Assembly (NCBI RefSeq): GCF_037042905.1
Contig: NC_087251.1
Span: 13,952,001-14,016,000 of the forward strand
Direction of reading: 5' to 3'
Length of the DNA stretch: 64,000 nt
Origin: Lytechinus pictus
Taxonomy: Eukaryota
Below the pieces are notes generated by a model. The model made no database searches, had not been told where the DNA came from, and saw only the letters and a list, made by a program, of their open reading frames with translations. Both the position numbers and the translations under genes were made by a program. This document shows, one piece after another, positions 40,301-54,239 of this stretch (within the stretch, counting starts at the first letter, position 1; every line of letters begins with the position of its first letter).

Positions 40301-43300
40301 GAGAAACATAAGTTAATATGTTTTGAGTATCAATTCGGCCCCCCTATGTCGAATATCATGCAAAACATCAATACGGCGCCCTCTAGGTTGTACATCAATT
40401 TTGCGCCCCATAGGCAAACCATTTAAAGTACACCTTAAGACCTATTTGTTTATCCTTTAATACCTTCACAACTAAATCTATATACAATGTATGATTATGT
40501 ATATTTTTATGGAAATCATATTTGTTTTGTATACATTTATGGTACACTCTCTGTCATCACACGCTGGTCTGCCTGGCTTCCTATGGGGGCTGGTGCCCTT
40601 ATTTGCTAGAGCTCCTGTGAGTACTGAGCTGACCGGGCTTGCCCTTAAATTGTCGGTGAACGGGGCAGCAAGCACAAGGGCACCATGCCCCACCAAGATG
40701 TAGCTGGAATATTTCAGTGGTGGTGATGCAGGATGGTACTTGTAGTCATTTAAGATTTCTATTTATATCTAAGTAGCTGTTTGTAATGTACGTGTATAAA
40801 ATATTTGTAACCAAAATAACTGTTTTAGCGCTAGCGCCATGAGCGTCTCTAGACGGTGTGTGCGCTCAATAAGATCTCACTATTATTATTATTATTATTA
40901 TTAGGATTAGGATTAACATCAATTTGGCGCCCATTGTAAAAACATCAATTCGGCGCCCATGGGTAGAACATCAATACACTTTCATGTCGAACATAACTTC
41001 GGCGCCCCTTGGTTGAACAAAATTTCGGCGCCCCCAGTTCGAATATCATTTCGGTGACCCCCTATATCTAACATCATTTCGACCCCCCTAGTTCGAAAAT
41101 TAATTAATTACCCTTGTGTCGAAAGCTATTCGGCGCCTCCTCCCTAAATTCAAGAGAAACATATGTTAATATGTTTCGAGTATCAATTCAGCACCCCTAT
41201 GTCGAATTATCAATTCGGCCCCCGTTTGGTCGGACATTCTTTCGGCACCCCTGAGTAAAACATCAATACACTTCCATGTCGAACATAACTTCGGCACCCT
41301 TGGTTGAATTAATCTCGGCGCCCCTAGTTGTTCGAATATCATTTCGGTGACCCCCTATGTCGAACATCATTTCGACCCCCCCTAGTTCGAAAATTAATTA
41401 ATTACCCTTGTTTCGAAAGCTATTCGGCGCCTCCTCCCTAGATCATAGAGAAACATATGTTAATATGTTTTGAGTAACAATTCGGCCCCCCTATGTCGAA
41501 TATCAATTCGGCTCGACTCCTTATGTTGAACATCAATTCTCTGCCCCTAGTTCGAACATCAATTCATTGTCACTTTGTCGAACATCATTTCAATCCCCCC
41601 CAAAGCTCGAAAATTAATTAATCACCCTTGTGTCGAAAGCTATTTGGCGCCTCCTCCCTAGATCATAGACAAACATATGTTAATATGTTTCGAGTATCAA
41701 TTCAGCGTCCCTATGCAAAACATCAATACGGCGCCCTCAAGGTTGTACATCAATTTTGCGCCCCGTAGGCAAACCATTTAAAGTACACCTTAAGATCTAT
41801 TTGTTCAGCCTTTAATACCTTCACACTTAAATATATATACACTGTATAATTATGTACATTTTCATGGAAATCATATTTGTTTTGTATGCATTTATGGTAC
41901 ACTCTCTGTCATCACACGCTGGTCTGCCTGGCTTCCTATGGGGGCTGATGCCCTTATTTGTTAGAGCTCCTGTGAGTACTGAGCTGACCGGGCTCGCCCC
42001 TTAAATTGTCGGTGAACGGAGCAGCAAGCAAAAGGGCACCAGGCCCCACCAGGATGTAGCTGGGAATTTCAGTGGTGGTGATGCCGGATGGTACTTGTAG
42101 TGATTTAAGATTTCTATTTATATCTAAGTTGCTGTTTGTAATGTACGTGTATAAAATATTTGTAACCAAAAGAACTGTTTCAGCGCTAGCGCCATGAGCG
42201 TCTCTAGACGGTGTGTGCGCTCAATAAGATCTCACTATTATTATTATTATTATTATTAGGATTAGGATTAACATCAATTTGGCGCCCATTGTAAGAACAT
42301 CAATTCGGCGCACATGGGTAAAACATCAATACACCTTCATGTCGAACATAACTTCGGCGCCCCTTGGTTGAAAAAAATTTCGGCGCCCCCAGTTCGAATA
42401 TCAATTTATTGTCCCTTTGTCGAAAATCATTTCGATCCCCCCCCCCATAGCTCGAAAATAAAATAATCACCCTTTTGTCGAAAGTTATTCGGCGCCTCCT
42501 CCCTAAATTCAAGAGAAACATATGTTAATATGTTTCGAGTATCAATTCAGCACCCCCATGTCGAATTATCAATTCGGCCCCCGTTAGGTCGGACATTCAT
42601 TCGGCACCCCTGAGTAAAACATCAATACACTTCCATGTCGAACATAACTTCGGCACCCTTGGTTGAATTAATCTCGGCGCCCCTAGTTGTTCGAATATCA
42701 TTTCGGTGACCCCCTATGTCGAACAACATTTCGACCCCCCCTAGTTCGAAAATTAATTAATTACCCTTGTGTCGAAAGCTATTCGGCGCCTCCTCCCTAG
42801 ATCATAGAGAAACATATGTTAATATGTTTTGAGTAACAATTCGGCCCCCCTATGTCGAATATCAATTCGGCTCGACTCCTTATGTTGAACATCAATTCTC
42901 TGCCCCTAGTTCGAACATCAATTCATTGTCCCTTTGTCGAACATCATTTCAATCCCCCCCCCCCTAGCTCGAAAATTAATTAATCACCCTTGTGTCGAAA
43001 GCTATTTGGCGCCTCCTCCCTAGATCATAGACAAACATATGTTAATATATTTCGAGTATCAATTCAGTGTCCCTATGCACAACATCAATACGGCGCCCTC
43101 AAGGTTGTACATCAATTTTGCGCCCCGTAGGCAAACCATTTAAAGTACACCTTAAGATCTATTTGTTCAGCCTTTAATACCTTCACACTTAAATATATAT
43201 ACACTGTATAATTATGTACATTTTCATGGAAATCATATTTGTTTTGTATGCATTTATGGTACACTCTCTGTCATCACACGCTGGTCTGCCTGGCTTCCTA

Positions 43301-46300
43301 TGGGGGCTGATGCCCTTATTTGTTAGAGCTCCTGTGAGTACTGAGATGACCGGGCTCGCCCCTTAAATTGTCGGTGAACGGAGCAGCAAGCAAAAGGGCA
43401 CCAGGCCCAACCAGGATGTAGCTGGGAATTTCAGTGGTGGTGATGCAAGATGGTACTTGTAGTCATTTAAGATTTCTATTTATATCTAAGTAGCTGTTTG
43501 TAATGTACGTGTATAAAATATTTGTAACCAAAATAACTGTTTTAGCGCTAGCGCCATGAGCGTCTCTAGACGGTGTGTGCGCTCAATAAGATCTCACTAT
43601 TATTATTATTATTATTATTAGGATTAGGATTAACATCAATTTGGCGCCCATTGTAAAAACATCAATTCGGCGCCCATGGGTAGAACATCAATACACTTTC
43701 ATGTCGAACATAACTTCGGCGCCCCTTGGTTGAACAAAATTTCGGCGCCCCCAGTTCGAATATCATTTCGGTGACCCCCTATATCTAACATCATTTCGAC
43801 CCCCCTAGTTCGAAAATTAATTAATTACCCTTGTGTCGAAAGCTATTCGGCGCCTCCTCCCTAAATTCAAGAGAAACATATGTTAATATGTTTCGAGTAT
43901 CAATTCAGCACCCCTATGTCGAATTATCAATTCGGCCCCCGTTAGGTCGGACATTCATTCGGCACCCCTGAGTAAAACATCAATACACTTCCATGTCGAA
44001 CATTACTTCGGCACCCTTGGTTGAATTAATCTCGGCGCCCCTAGTTGTTCGAATATCATTTCGGTGACCCCCTATGTCGAACATCATTTCGACCCCCCCT
44101 AGTTCGAAAATTAATTAATTACCCTTGTGTCGAAAGCTATTCGGCGCCTCCTCCCTAGATCATAGAGAAACATATGTTAATATGTTTTGAGTAACAATTC
44201 GGCCCCCCTATGTCGAATATCAATTCGGCTCGACTCCTTATGTTGAACATCAATTCTCTGCCCCTAGTTCGAACATCAATTCATTGTCCCTTTGTCGAAC
44301 ATCATTTCAATCCCCCCCCCCCTAGCTCGAAAATTAATTAATCACCCTTGTGTCGAAAGCTATTTGGCGCCTCCTCCCTAGATCATAGACAAACATATGT
44401 TAATATGTTTCGAGTATCAATTCAGCGTCCCTATGCAAAACATCAATACGGCGCCCTCAAGGTTGTACATCAATTTTGCGCCCCGTAGGCAAACCATTTA
44501 AAGTACACCTTAAGATCTATTTGTTCAGCCTTTAATACCTTCACACTTAAATATATATACACTGTATAATTATGTACATTTTCATGGAAATCATATTTGT
44601 TTTGTATGCATTTATGGTACACTCTCTGTCATCACACGCTGGTCTGCCTGGCTTCCTATGGGGGCTGATGCCCTTATTTGTTAGAGCTCCTGTGAGTACT
44701 GAGCTGACCGGGCTCGCCCCTTAAATTGTCGGTGAACGGAGCAGCAAGCAAAAGGGCACCAGGCCCCACCAGGATGTAGCTGGGAATTTCAGTGGTGGTG
44801 ATGCAGGATGGTACTTGTAGTAATTTAAGATGTATATTTATATCTAAGTTGCTGTTTGTAACTTACGTGTATAAAATATTTGTAACCAAAAGAACTGTTT
44901 CAGCGCTAGCGCCATGAGCGTCTCTAGACGGTGTGTGCGCTCAATAAGATCTCACTATTATTATTATTATTATTAGGATTAGGATTAACATCTATTTGGC
45001 ACCCATTGTAAGAACATCAATTCGGCGCCCTTGGGTAAAACATCAATACACTTTCATGTCGAACATAACTTCGGCGCCCCTTGGTTGAACAAAATTTCGG
45101 CACCCCCAGTTCGAATATCAATTTATTGTCCCTTTGTCGAACATCATTTCGATCCCCCCCCCCCATAGCTCGAAAATAAAATAATCACCCTTTTGTCGAA
45201 AGCTATTCGGCGCCTCCTCCCTAGATCAAAGAGAAACATATGTTAATATGTTTCGAGTATCAATTTAGCGCCCCTATGTCGAATTATCTTTTCGGCCCCC
45301 CTTAGGTCGGACATTGATTCGGCACCCCTATGCAAAACATCTATACGGCGCCCTCTAGGTTGTACATCAATTTTGCGCCCCATAGGCAAACCATTTAAAG
45401 TACACCTTAAGACCTATTTGTTTATCATTTAATACCTTCACAACTAAATCTATATACACTGTATGATTATGTACATCAGTGATTTAAGATTTCTATTTAT
45501 ATCTAAGTTGCTGTTTGTAATGTACGTGTATAAAATATTTGTAACCAAAAGAACTGTTTCAGCGCTAGCGCCATGAGCGTCTCTAGACGGTGTGTGCGCT
45601 CAATAAGATCTCACTATTATTATTGTTATTATTATTAGGATTAGGATTAACATCAATATAGCGCCCATTGTAAGAACATCAATTCGGCGCACATGGGTAA
45701 AACATCAATACACCTTCATGTCGAACATAACTTCGGCGCCCCTTGGTTGAACAAAATTTCGGCGCCCCCAGTTCGAATATCATTTCGGTGACCCCCTATG
45801 TCGAACATCATTTCGACCCACCCCCCCCCCTAGTTCGAAAATTAATTAATTACCCTTGTGTCGAAAGCTATTCGGCGCCTCCTCCCTAAATTCAAGAGAA
45901 ACATATGTTAATATGTTTCGAGTATCAATTCAGCACCCCTATGTCGAATTATCAATTCGGCCCCCCTTAGGTCGGACATTCATTCGGCACCCCTGGGTAA
46001 AACATCAATACACTTCCATGTCGAACATAACTTCGGCTGCCTTGGTTGAATTAATCTCGGCGCCCCTAGCGGTTCGAATATCATTTCGGTGACCTCCTAT
46101 ATCTAACATCATTTCGACCCCCCCCCCCTAGTTCGAAAATTAATTAATTACCCTTGTGTCGAAAGCTATTCGGCGCCTCCTCCCTAGATCATAGAGAAAC
46201 ATAAGTTAATATGTTTTGAGTATCAATTCGGCCCCCCTATGTCGAATATCATGCAAAACATCAATACGGTGCCCACAAGGTTGTACATCAATTTTGCTCC

Positions 46301-49300
46301 CCATAGGCAAACCATTTAAAGTACACCTTAAGACCTATTTGTTTATCCTTTAATACCTTCACAACTAAATCTATATACAATGTATGATTATGTATATTTT
46401 TATGGAAATCATATTTGTTTTGTATGCATTTATGGTACACTCTCTGTCATCACACGCTGGTCTGCCTGGCATCCTATGGGGGCTGATGCCCTTATTTGCT
46501 AGAGCTCCTGTGAGTACTGAGCTGACCGGGCTCGCCCCTTAAATTTTCGGTGAACGGAGCAGCAAGCAAAAGGGCACCAGGCCCCACCAGGATGTAGCTA
46601 AGAATTTCAGTGGTGGTGATGCAGGATGGTACTTGTAGTAATTTAAGATGTCTATTTATATCTAAGTTGCTGTTTGTAATGTACGTGTATAAAATATTTG
46701 TAACCAAAAGAACTGTTTTAGCGCTAGCGCCATGAGCGTCTCTAGACGGTGTGTGCGCTCAATAAGATCTCACTATTATTATTATTATTATTATTATTAG
46801 GATTAGGATTAACATCTATTTGGCACCCATTGTAAGAACATCAATTCGGCGCCCATGGGTAAAACATCAATACACTTTCATGTCGAACATAACTTCGGCG
46901 CCCCTTGGTTGAACAAAATTTCGGCACCCCCAGTTCGAATATCAATTTATTGTCCCTTTGTCGAACATCATTTCGATCCCCCCCCCCCCCCATAGCTCGA
47001 AAATAAAATAATCACCCTTTTGTAGAAAGTAATTCGGCGCCTCCTCCCTAGATCAAAGAGAAACATATGTTAATATGTTTCGAGTATCAATTTAGCGTCC
47101 CTATGTCGAATTATCAATTCGGCCCCCCTTAGGTCGGACATTGATTCGGCACCCCTATGCAAAACATCAATACGGCGCCCTCTAGGTTGTACATCAATTT
47201 TGCGCCCCATAGGCAAACCATTTAAAGTACACCTTAAGACCTATTTGTTTATCCTTTAATACCTTCACAACTAAATCTATATACAATGTATGATTATGTA
47301 TATTTTTATGGAAATCATATTTGTTTTGTATGCATTTATGGTACACTCTCTGTCATCACACGCTGGTCTGCCTGGCTTCCTATGGGGGCTGGTGCCCTTA
47401 TTTGCTAGAGCTCCTGTGAGTACTGAGCTGACCGGGCTTGCCCTTAAATTGTCGGTGAACGGGGCAGCAAGCACAAGGGCACCATGCCCCACCAAGATGT
47501 AGCTGGAAATTTCAGTGGTGGTGATGCAGGATGGTACTTGTAGTGATTTAAGATTTCTATTTATATCTAAGTAGCTGTTTGTAATGTACCTGTATAAAAT
47601 ATTTGTAACCAAAATAACTGTTTTACCGCTAGCGCCATGAGCGTCTCTAGACGATGTGTGCGCTCAATAAGATCTCACTATTATTATTATTATTATTATT
47701 ATTATTAGGATTAACATCAATTTGGCGCCCATTGTAAAAACATCAATTCGGCGCCCATGGGTAGAACATCAATACACTTTCATGTCGAACATAACTTCGG
47801 CACCCTTGGTTGAATTAATCTCGGCGCCCCTAGTTGTTCGAATATCATTTCGGTGACCCCCTATGTCGAACATCATTTTGACCCCCCCTAGTTCGAAAAT
47901 TAATTAATTACCCTTGTGTCGAAAGCTATTCGGCGCCTCCTCCCTAGATCATAGAGAAACATATGTTAATATGTTTTGAGTAACAATTCGGCCCCCCTAT
48001 GTCGAATATCAATTCGGCTCGACTCCTTATGTTGAACATCAATTCTCTGCCCCTAGTTCGAACATCAATTCATTGTCCCTTTGTCGAACATCATTTCAAT
48101 CCCCCCCCCCCTAGCTCGAAAATTAATTAATCACCCTTGTGTCGAAAGCTATTTGGCGCCTCCTCCCTAGATCATAGACAAACATATGTTAATATGTTTC
48201 GAGTATCAATTCAGCGTCCCTATGCAAAACATCAATACGGCGCCCTCAAGGTTGTACATCAATTTTGCGCCCCGTAGGCAAACCATTTAAAGTACACCTT
48301 AAGATCTATTTGTTCAGCCTTTAATACCTTCACACTTAAATATATATACACTGTATAATTATGTACTTTTCATGGAAATCATATTTGTTTTGTATGCATT
48401 TATGGTACACTCTCTGTCATCACACGCTGGTCTGCCTGGCTTCCTATGGGGGCTGATGCCCTTATTTGTTAGAGCTCCTGTGAGTACTGAGCTGACCGGG
48501 CTCGCCCCTTAAATTGTCGGTGAACGGAGCAGCAAGCAAAAGGGCACCAGGCCCCACCAGGATGTAGCTGGGAATTTCAGTGGTGGTGATGCCGGATGGT
48601 ACTTGTAGTGATTTAAGATTTCTATTTATATCTAAGTTGCTGTTTGTAATGTACGTGTATAAAATATTTGTAACCAAAAGAACTGTTTCAGCGCTAGCGC
48701 CATGAGCGTCTCTAGACGGTGTGTGCGCTCAATAAGATCTCACTATTATTATTATTATTATTATTAGGATTAAGATTAACATCAATTTGGCGCCCATTGT
48801 AAGAACATCAATTCGGCGCACATGGGTAAAACATCAATACACCTTCATGTCGAACATAACTTCGGCGCCCCTTGGTTGAAAAAAATTTCGGCGCCCCCAG
48901 TTCGAATATCATTTCGGTGACCCCCTATGTCGAACATCATTTCGACCCACCCCCCCTAGTTCGAAAATTAATTAATTACCCTTGTGTCGAAAGTTATTCG
49001 GCGCCTCCTCCCTAAATTCAAGAGAAACATATGTTAATATGTTTCGAGTATCAATTCAGCACCCCTATGTCGAATTATCAATTCGGCCCCCCTTAGGTCG
49101 GACATTCATTCGGCACCCCTGGGTAAAACATCAATACACTTCCATGTCGAACATAACTTCGGCTGCCTTGGTTGAATTAATCTCGGCGCCCCTAGCGGTT
49201 CGAATATCATTTCGGTGACCTCCTATATCTAACATCATTTCGACCCCCCCCTAGTTCGAAAATTAATTAATTACCCTTGTGTCGAAAGCTATTCGGCGCC

Positions 49301-52300
49301 TCCTCCCTAGATCATAGAGAAACATATGTTAATATGTTTTGAGTATCAATTCGGCCCCCTATGTCGAATATCATGCAAAACATCAATACGGTGCCCTCAA
49401 GGTTGTACATCAATTTTGCTCCCCATAGGCAAACCATTTAAAGTACACCTTAAGACCTATTTGTTTATCCTTTAATACCTTCACAACTAAATCTATATAC
49501 AATGTATAATTATGTATATTTTTATGGAAATCATATTGGTTTTGTATGCATTTATGGTACACTCTCTGTCATCACACGCTGGTCTGCCTGGCATCCTATG
49601 GGGGCTGATGCCCTTATTTGCTAGAGCTCCTGTGACTACTGAGCTGACCGGGCTCGCCCCTTAAATTGTCGGTGAACGGAGCAGCAAGCAAAAGGGCACC
49701 AGGCCCCACCAGGATGTAGCTGGGAATTTCAGTGGTGGTGATGCCGGATGGTACTTGTAGTAATTTAAGATGTCTATTTATATCTAAGTTGCTGTTTGTA
49801 ATGTACGTGTATAAAATATTTGTAACCAAAAGAACTGTTTCAGCGCTAGCGCCATGAGCGTCTCTAGACGGTGTGTGCGCTCAATAAGATCTCACTATTA
49901 TTATTATTATTATTATTATTAGGATTAGGATTAACATCTATTTGGCACCCATTGTAAGAACATCAATTCGGCGCCCATGGGTAAAACATCAATACACTTT
50001 CATGTCGAACATAACTTCGGCGCCCCTTGGTTGAACAAAATTTCGGCACCCCCAGTTCGAATATCAATTTATTGTCCCTTTGTCGAACATCATTTCGATC
50101 CCCCCCCCCCATAGCTCGAAAATAAAATAATCACCCTTTTGTCGAAAGCTATTCGGCGCCTCCTCCCTAGATCAAAGAGAAACATATGTTAATATGTTTC
50201 GAGTATCAATTTAGCGCCCCTATGTCGAATTATCAATTCGGCCCCCCTTAGGTCGGACATTGATTCGGCACCCCTATGCAAAACATCAATACGGCGCCCT
50301 CTAGGTTGTACATCAATTTTGCGCCCCATAGGCAAACCATTTAAAGTACACCTTAAGACCTATTTGTTTATCATTTAATACCTTCACAACTAAATCTATA
50401 TACACTGTATGATTATGTACATTTTTAAAGAAATCATATTTGTTTTGTATGCATTTATGGTACACTCTCTGTCATCACACGCTGGTCTGCCTGGCTTCCT
50501 ATGGGGGCTGGTGCCCTTATTTGCTAGAGCTCCTGTGAGTACTGAGCTGACCGGGCTTGCCCTTAAATTGTCGGTGAACGGGGCAGCAAGCACAAGGGCA
50601 CCATGCCCCACCAAGATGTAGCTGGAAATTTCAGTGGTGGTGATGCAGGATGGTACTTGTAGTCATTTAAGATTTCTATTTATATCTAAGTAGCTGTTTG
50701 TAATGTACGTGTATAAAATATTTGTAACCAAAAGAACTGTTTTAGCGCTAGCGCCATGAGCGTCTCTAGACGGTGTGTGCGCTCAATAAGATCTCACTAT
50801 TATTATTATTATTATTATTAGGATTAGGATTAACATCAATTTGGCACCCATTGTAAAAACATCAATTCGGCGCCCATGGGTAGAACATCAATACACTTTC
50901 ATGTCGAACATAACTTCGGTGCCCCTTGGTTGAACAAAATTTCGGCGCCCCCAGTTCGAATATCATTTCGGTGACCCCCTATATCTAACATCATTTCGAC
51001 CCCCCTAGTTCGAAAATTAATTAATTACCCTTGTGTCGAAAGCTATTCGGCGCCTCCTCCCTAAATTCAAGAGAAACATATGTTAATATGTTTCGAGTAT
51101 CAATTCAGCACCCCTATGTCGAATTATCAATTCGGCCCCCGTTAGGTCGGACATTCATTCGGCACCCCTGAGTAAAACATCAATACACTTCCATGTCGAA
51201 CATAACTTCGGCACCCTTGGTTGAATTAATCTCGGCGCCCCTAGTTGTTCGAATATCATTTCGGTGACCCCCTATGTCGAACATCATTTCGACCCCCCCT
51301 AGTTCGAAAATTAATTAATTACCCTTGTGTCGAAAGCTATTCGGCGCCTCCTCCCTAGATCATAGAGAAACATATGTTAATATGTTTTGAGTAACAATTC
51401 GGCCCCCCTATGTCGAATATCAATTCGGCTCGACTCCTTATGTTGAACATCAATTCTCTGCCCCTAGTTCGAACATCAATTCATTGTCCCTTTGTCGAAC
51501 ATCATTTCAATCCCCCCCCCCTAGCACGAAAATTAATTAATCACCCTTGTGTCGAAAGCTATTTGGCGCCTCCTCCCTAGATCATAGACAAACATATGTT
51601 AATATGTTTCGAGTATCAATTCAGCGTCCCTATGCAAAACATCAATACGGCGCCCTCAAGGTTGTACATCAATTTTGCGCCCCGTAGGCAAACCATTTAA
51701 AGTACACCTTAAGATCTATTTGTTCAGCCTTTAATACCTTCACACTTAAATATATATACACTGTATAATTATGTACATTTTCATGGAATTCATATTTGTT
51801 TTGTATGCATTTATGGTACACTCTCTGTCATCACACGCTGGTCTGCCTGGCTTCCTATGGGGGCTGGTGCCCTTATTTGTTAGAGCTCCTGTGAGTACTG
51901 AGCTGACCGGGCTCGCCCCTTAAATTGTCGGTGAACGGAGCAGCAAGCAAAAGGGCACCAGGCCCCACCAGGATGGAGCTGGGAATTTCAGTGGTGGTGA
52001 TGCCGGATGGTACTTGTAGTGATTTAAGATTTCTATTTATATCTAAGTTGCTGTTTGTAATTTACGTGTATAAAATATTTGTAACCAAAAGAACTGTTTC
52101 AGCGCTAGCGCCATGAGCGTCTCTAGACGGTGTGTGCGCTCAATAAGATCTCACTATTATTATTATTATTATTATTAGGATTAGGATTAACATCAATTTG
52201 GCGCCCATTGTAAGAAGATCAATTCGGCGCACATGGGTAAAACATCAATACACCTTCATGTCGAACATAACTTCGGCGCCCCTTGGTTGAAAAAAATTTC

Positions 52301-53308
52301 GGCGCCCCCAGTTCGAATATCATTTCGATGACCCCCTATGTCGAACATCATTTCGACCCACCCCCCCTAGTTCGAAAATTAATTAATTACCCTTGTGTCG
52401 AAAGCTATTCGGCGCCTCCTCCCTAAATTCAAGAGAAACATATGTTAATATGTTTCGAGTATCACTTCAGCACCCCTATGTCGAATTATCAATTCGGCCC
52501 CCCTTAGGTCGGACATTCATTCGGCACCCCTGGGTAAAACATCAATACACTTCCATGTCGAACATAACTTCGGCTGCCTTGGTTGAATTAATCTCGGCGC
52601 CCCTAGCGGTTCGAATATCATTTCGGTGACCTCCTATATCTAACATCATTTCGACCCCCCCCCTAGTTCGAAAATTAAATAATTACCCTTGTGTCGAAAG
52701 CTATTCGGCGCCTCCTCCCTAGATCATAGAGAAACATATGTTAATATGTTTTGAGTATCAATTCGGCCCCCCTATGTCGAATATCATGCAAAACATCAAT
52801 ACGGTGCCCTCAAGGTTGTACATCAATTTTGCTCCCCATAGGCAAACCATTTAAAGTACACCTTAAGACCTATTTGTTTATCCTTTAATACCTTCACAAC
52901 TAAATCTATATACACTGTATGATTATGTATATTTTTATGGAAATCATATTTGTTTTGTATGCATTTATGGTACACTCTCTGTCATCACACGCTGGTCTGC
53001 CTGGCATCCTATGGGGGCTGATGCCCTTATTTGCTAGAGCTCCTGTGAGTACTGAGCTGACCGGGCTCGCCCCTTAAATTTTCGGTGAACGGAGCAGCAA
53101 GCAAAAGGGCACCAGGCCCCACCAGGATGTAGCTGGGAATTTCAGTGGTGGTGATGCCGGATGGTACTTGTAGTAATTTAAGATGTCTATTTATATCTAA
53201 GTTGCTGTTTGTAATGTACGTGTATAAAATATTTGTAACCAAAAGAACTGTTTCAGCGCTAGCGCCATGAGCGTCTCTAGACGGTGTGTGCGCTCAATAA
53301 GATCTCAC

Positions 53309-53343
<35 letters not shown>

Positions 53344-53761
53344 GGATTAGGATTAACATCTATTTGGCACCCATTGTAAGAACATCAATTCGGCGCCCAT
53401 GGGTAAAACATCAATACACTTTCATGTCGAACATAACTTCGGCGCCCCTTGGTTGAACAAAATTTCGGCACCCCCAGTTCGAATATCAATTTATTGTCCC
53501 TTTGTCGAACATCATTTCGATCCCCCCCCCCCATAGCTCGAAAATAAAATAATCACCCTTTTGTCGAAAGCTATTCGGCGCCTCCTCCCTAGATCAAAGA
53601 GAAACATATGTTAATATGTTTCGAGTATCAATTTAGCGCCCCTATGTCGAATTATCAATTCGGCCCCCCTTAGGTCGGACATTGATTCGGCACCCCTATG
53701 CAAAACATCAATACGGCGCCCTCTAGGTTGTACATCAATTTTGCGCCCCATAGGCAAACCA

Positions 53762-54239
53762 TTTAAAGTACACCTTAAGACCTATTTGTTTATCATTTAA
53801 TACCTTCACAACTAAATCTATATACACTGTATGATTATGTACATTTTTAAAGAAATCATATTTGTTTTGTATGCATTTATGGTACACTCTCTGTCATCAC
53901 ACGCTGGTCTGCCTGGCTTCCTATGGGGGCTGGTGCCCTTATTTGCTAGAGCTCCTGTGAGTACTGAGCTGACCGGGCTTGCCCTTAAATTGTCGGTGAA
54001 CGGGGCAGCAAGCACAAGGGCACCATGCCCCACCAAGATGTAGCTGGGAATTTCAGTGGTGGTGATGCAGGATGGTACTTGTAGTGATTTAAGATTTCTA
54101 TTTATATCTAAGTAGCTGTTTGTAATGTACGTGTAAAAAATATTTGTATCCAAAAGAACTGTTTCAGCGCTAGCGCCATGAGCGTCTTTAGACGGTGTGT
54201 GCGCTCATTAAGATCTCACTATTATTATTATTATTATTA
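53762..54239 (+). mobile_element. Last full L2-like fragment copy of the main array
   Basis: Same unit; the sequence after 54240 reverts to diverged minisatellite without the insert. Confidence 0.8.

Larger units (their letters stand above)
6951..54239 (+). repeat. ~47-kb composite higher-order satellite: minisatellite blocks (0.4-1.2 kb) alternating with copies of one LINE 3'-end fragment
   Basis: The same ~470-bp unit (tttaaagtacacc...gatctcac(tat)n) recurs about 33 times full-length and 12 times with an internal deletion, always with the same flanks (taggcaaa(a/c)ca | ... | ggattaacatc). The ORF track shows the identical 71-aa antisense pseudo-ORF recurring. Confidence 0.95.

Noticed and set aside
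7128..54153. Recurrent 60-120 aa ORFs (MDTNCLY/MVTNILY..., MCRKLF..., MIMYIF...) as a tandem gene family
   Set aside because: They are antisense or off-frame readings of the LINE 3' UTR and minisatellite, many with non-ATG starts, and are freely broken by indels and C-run changes between copies
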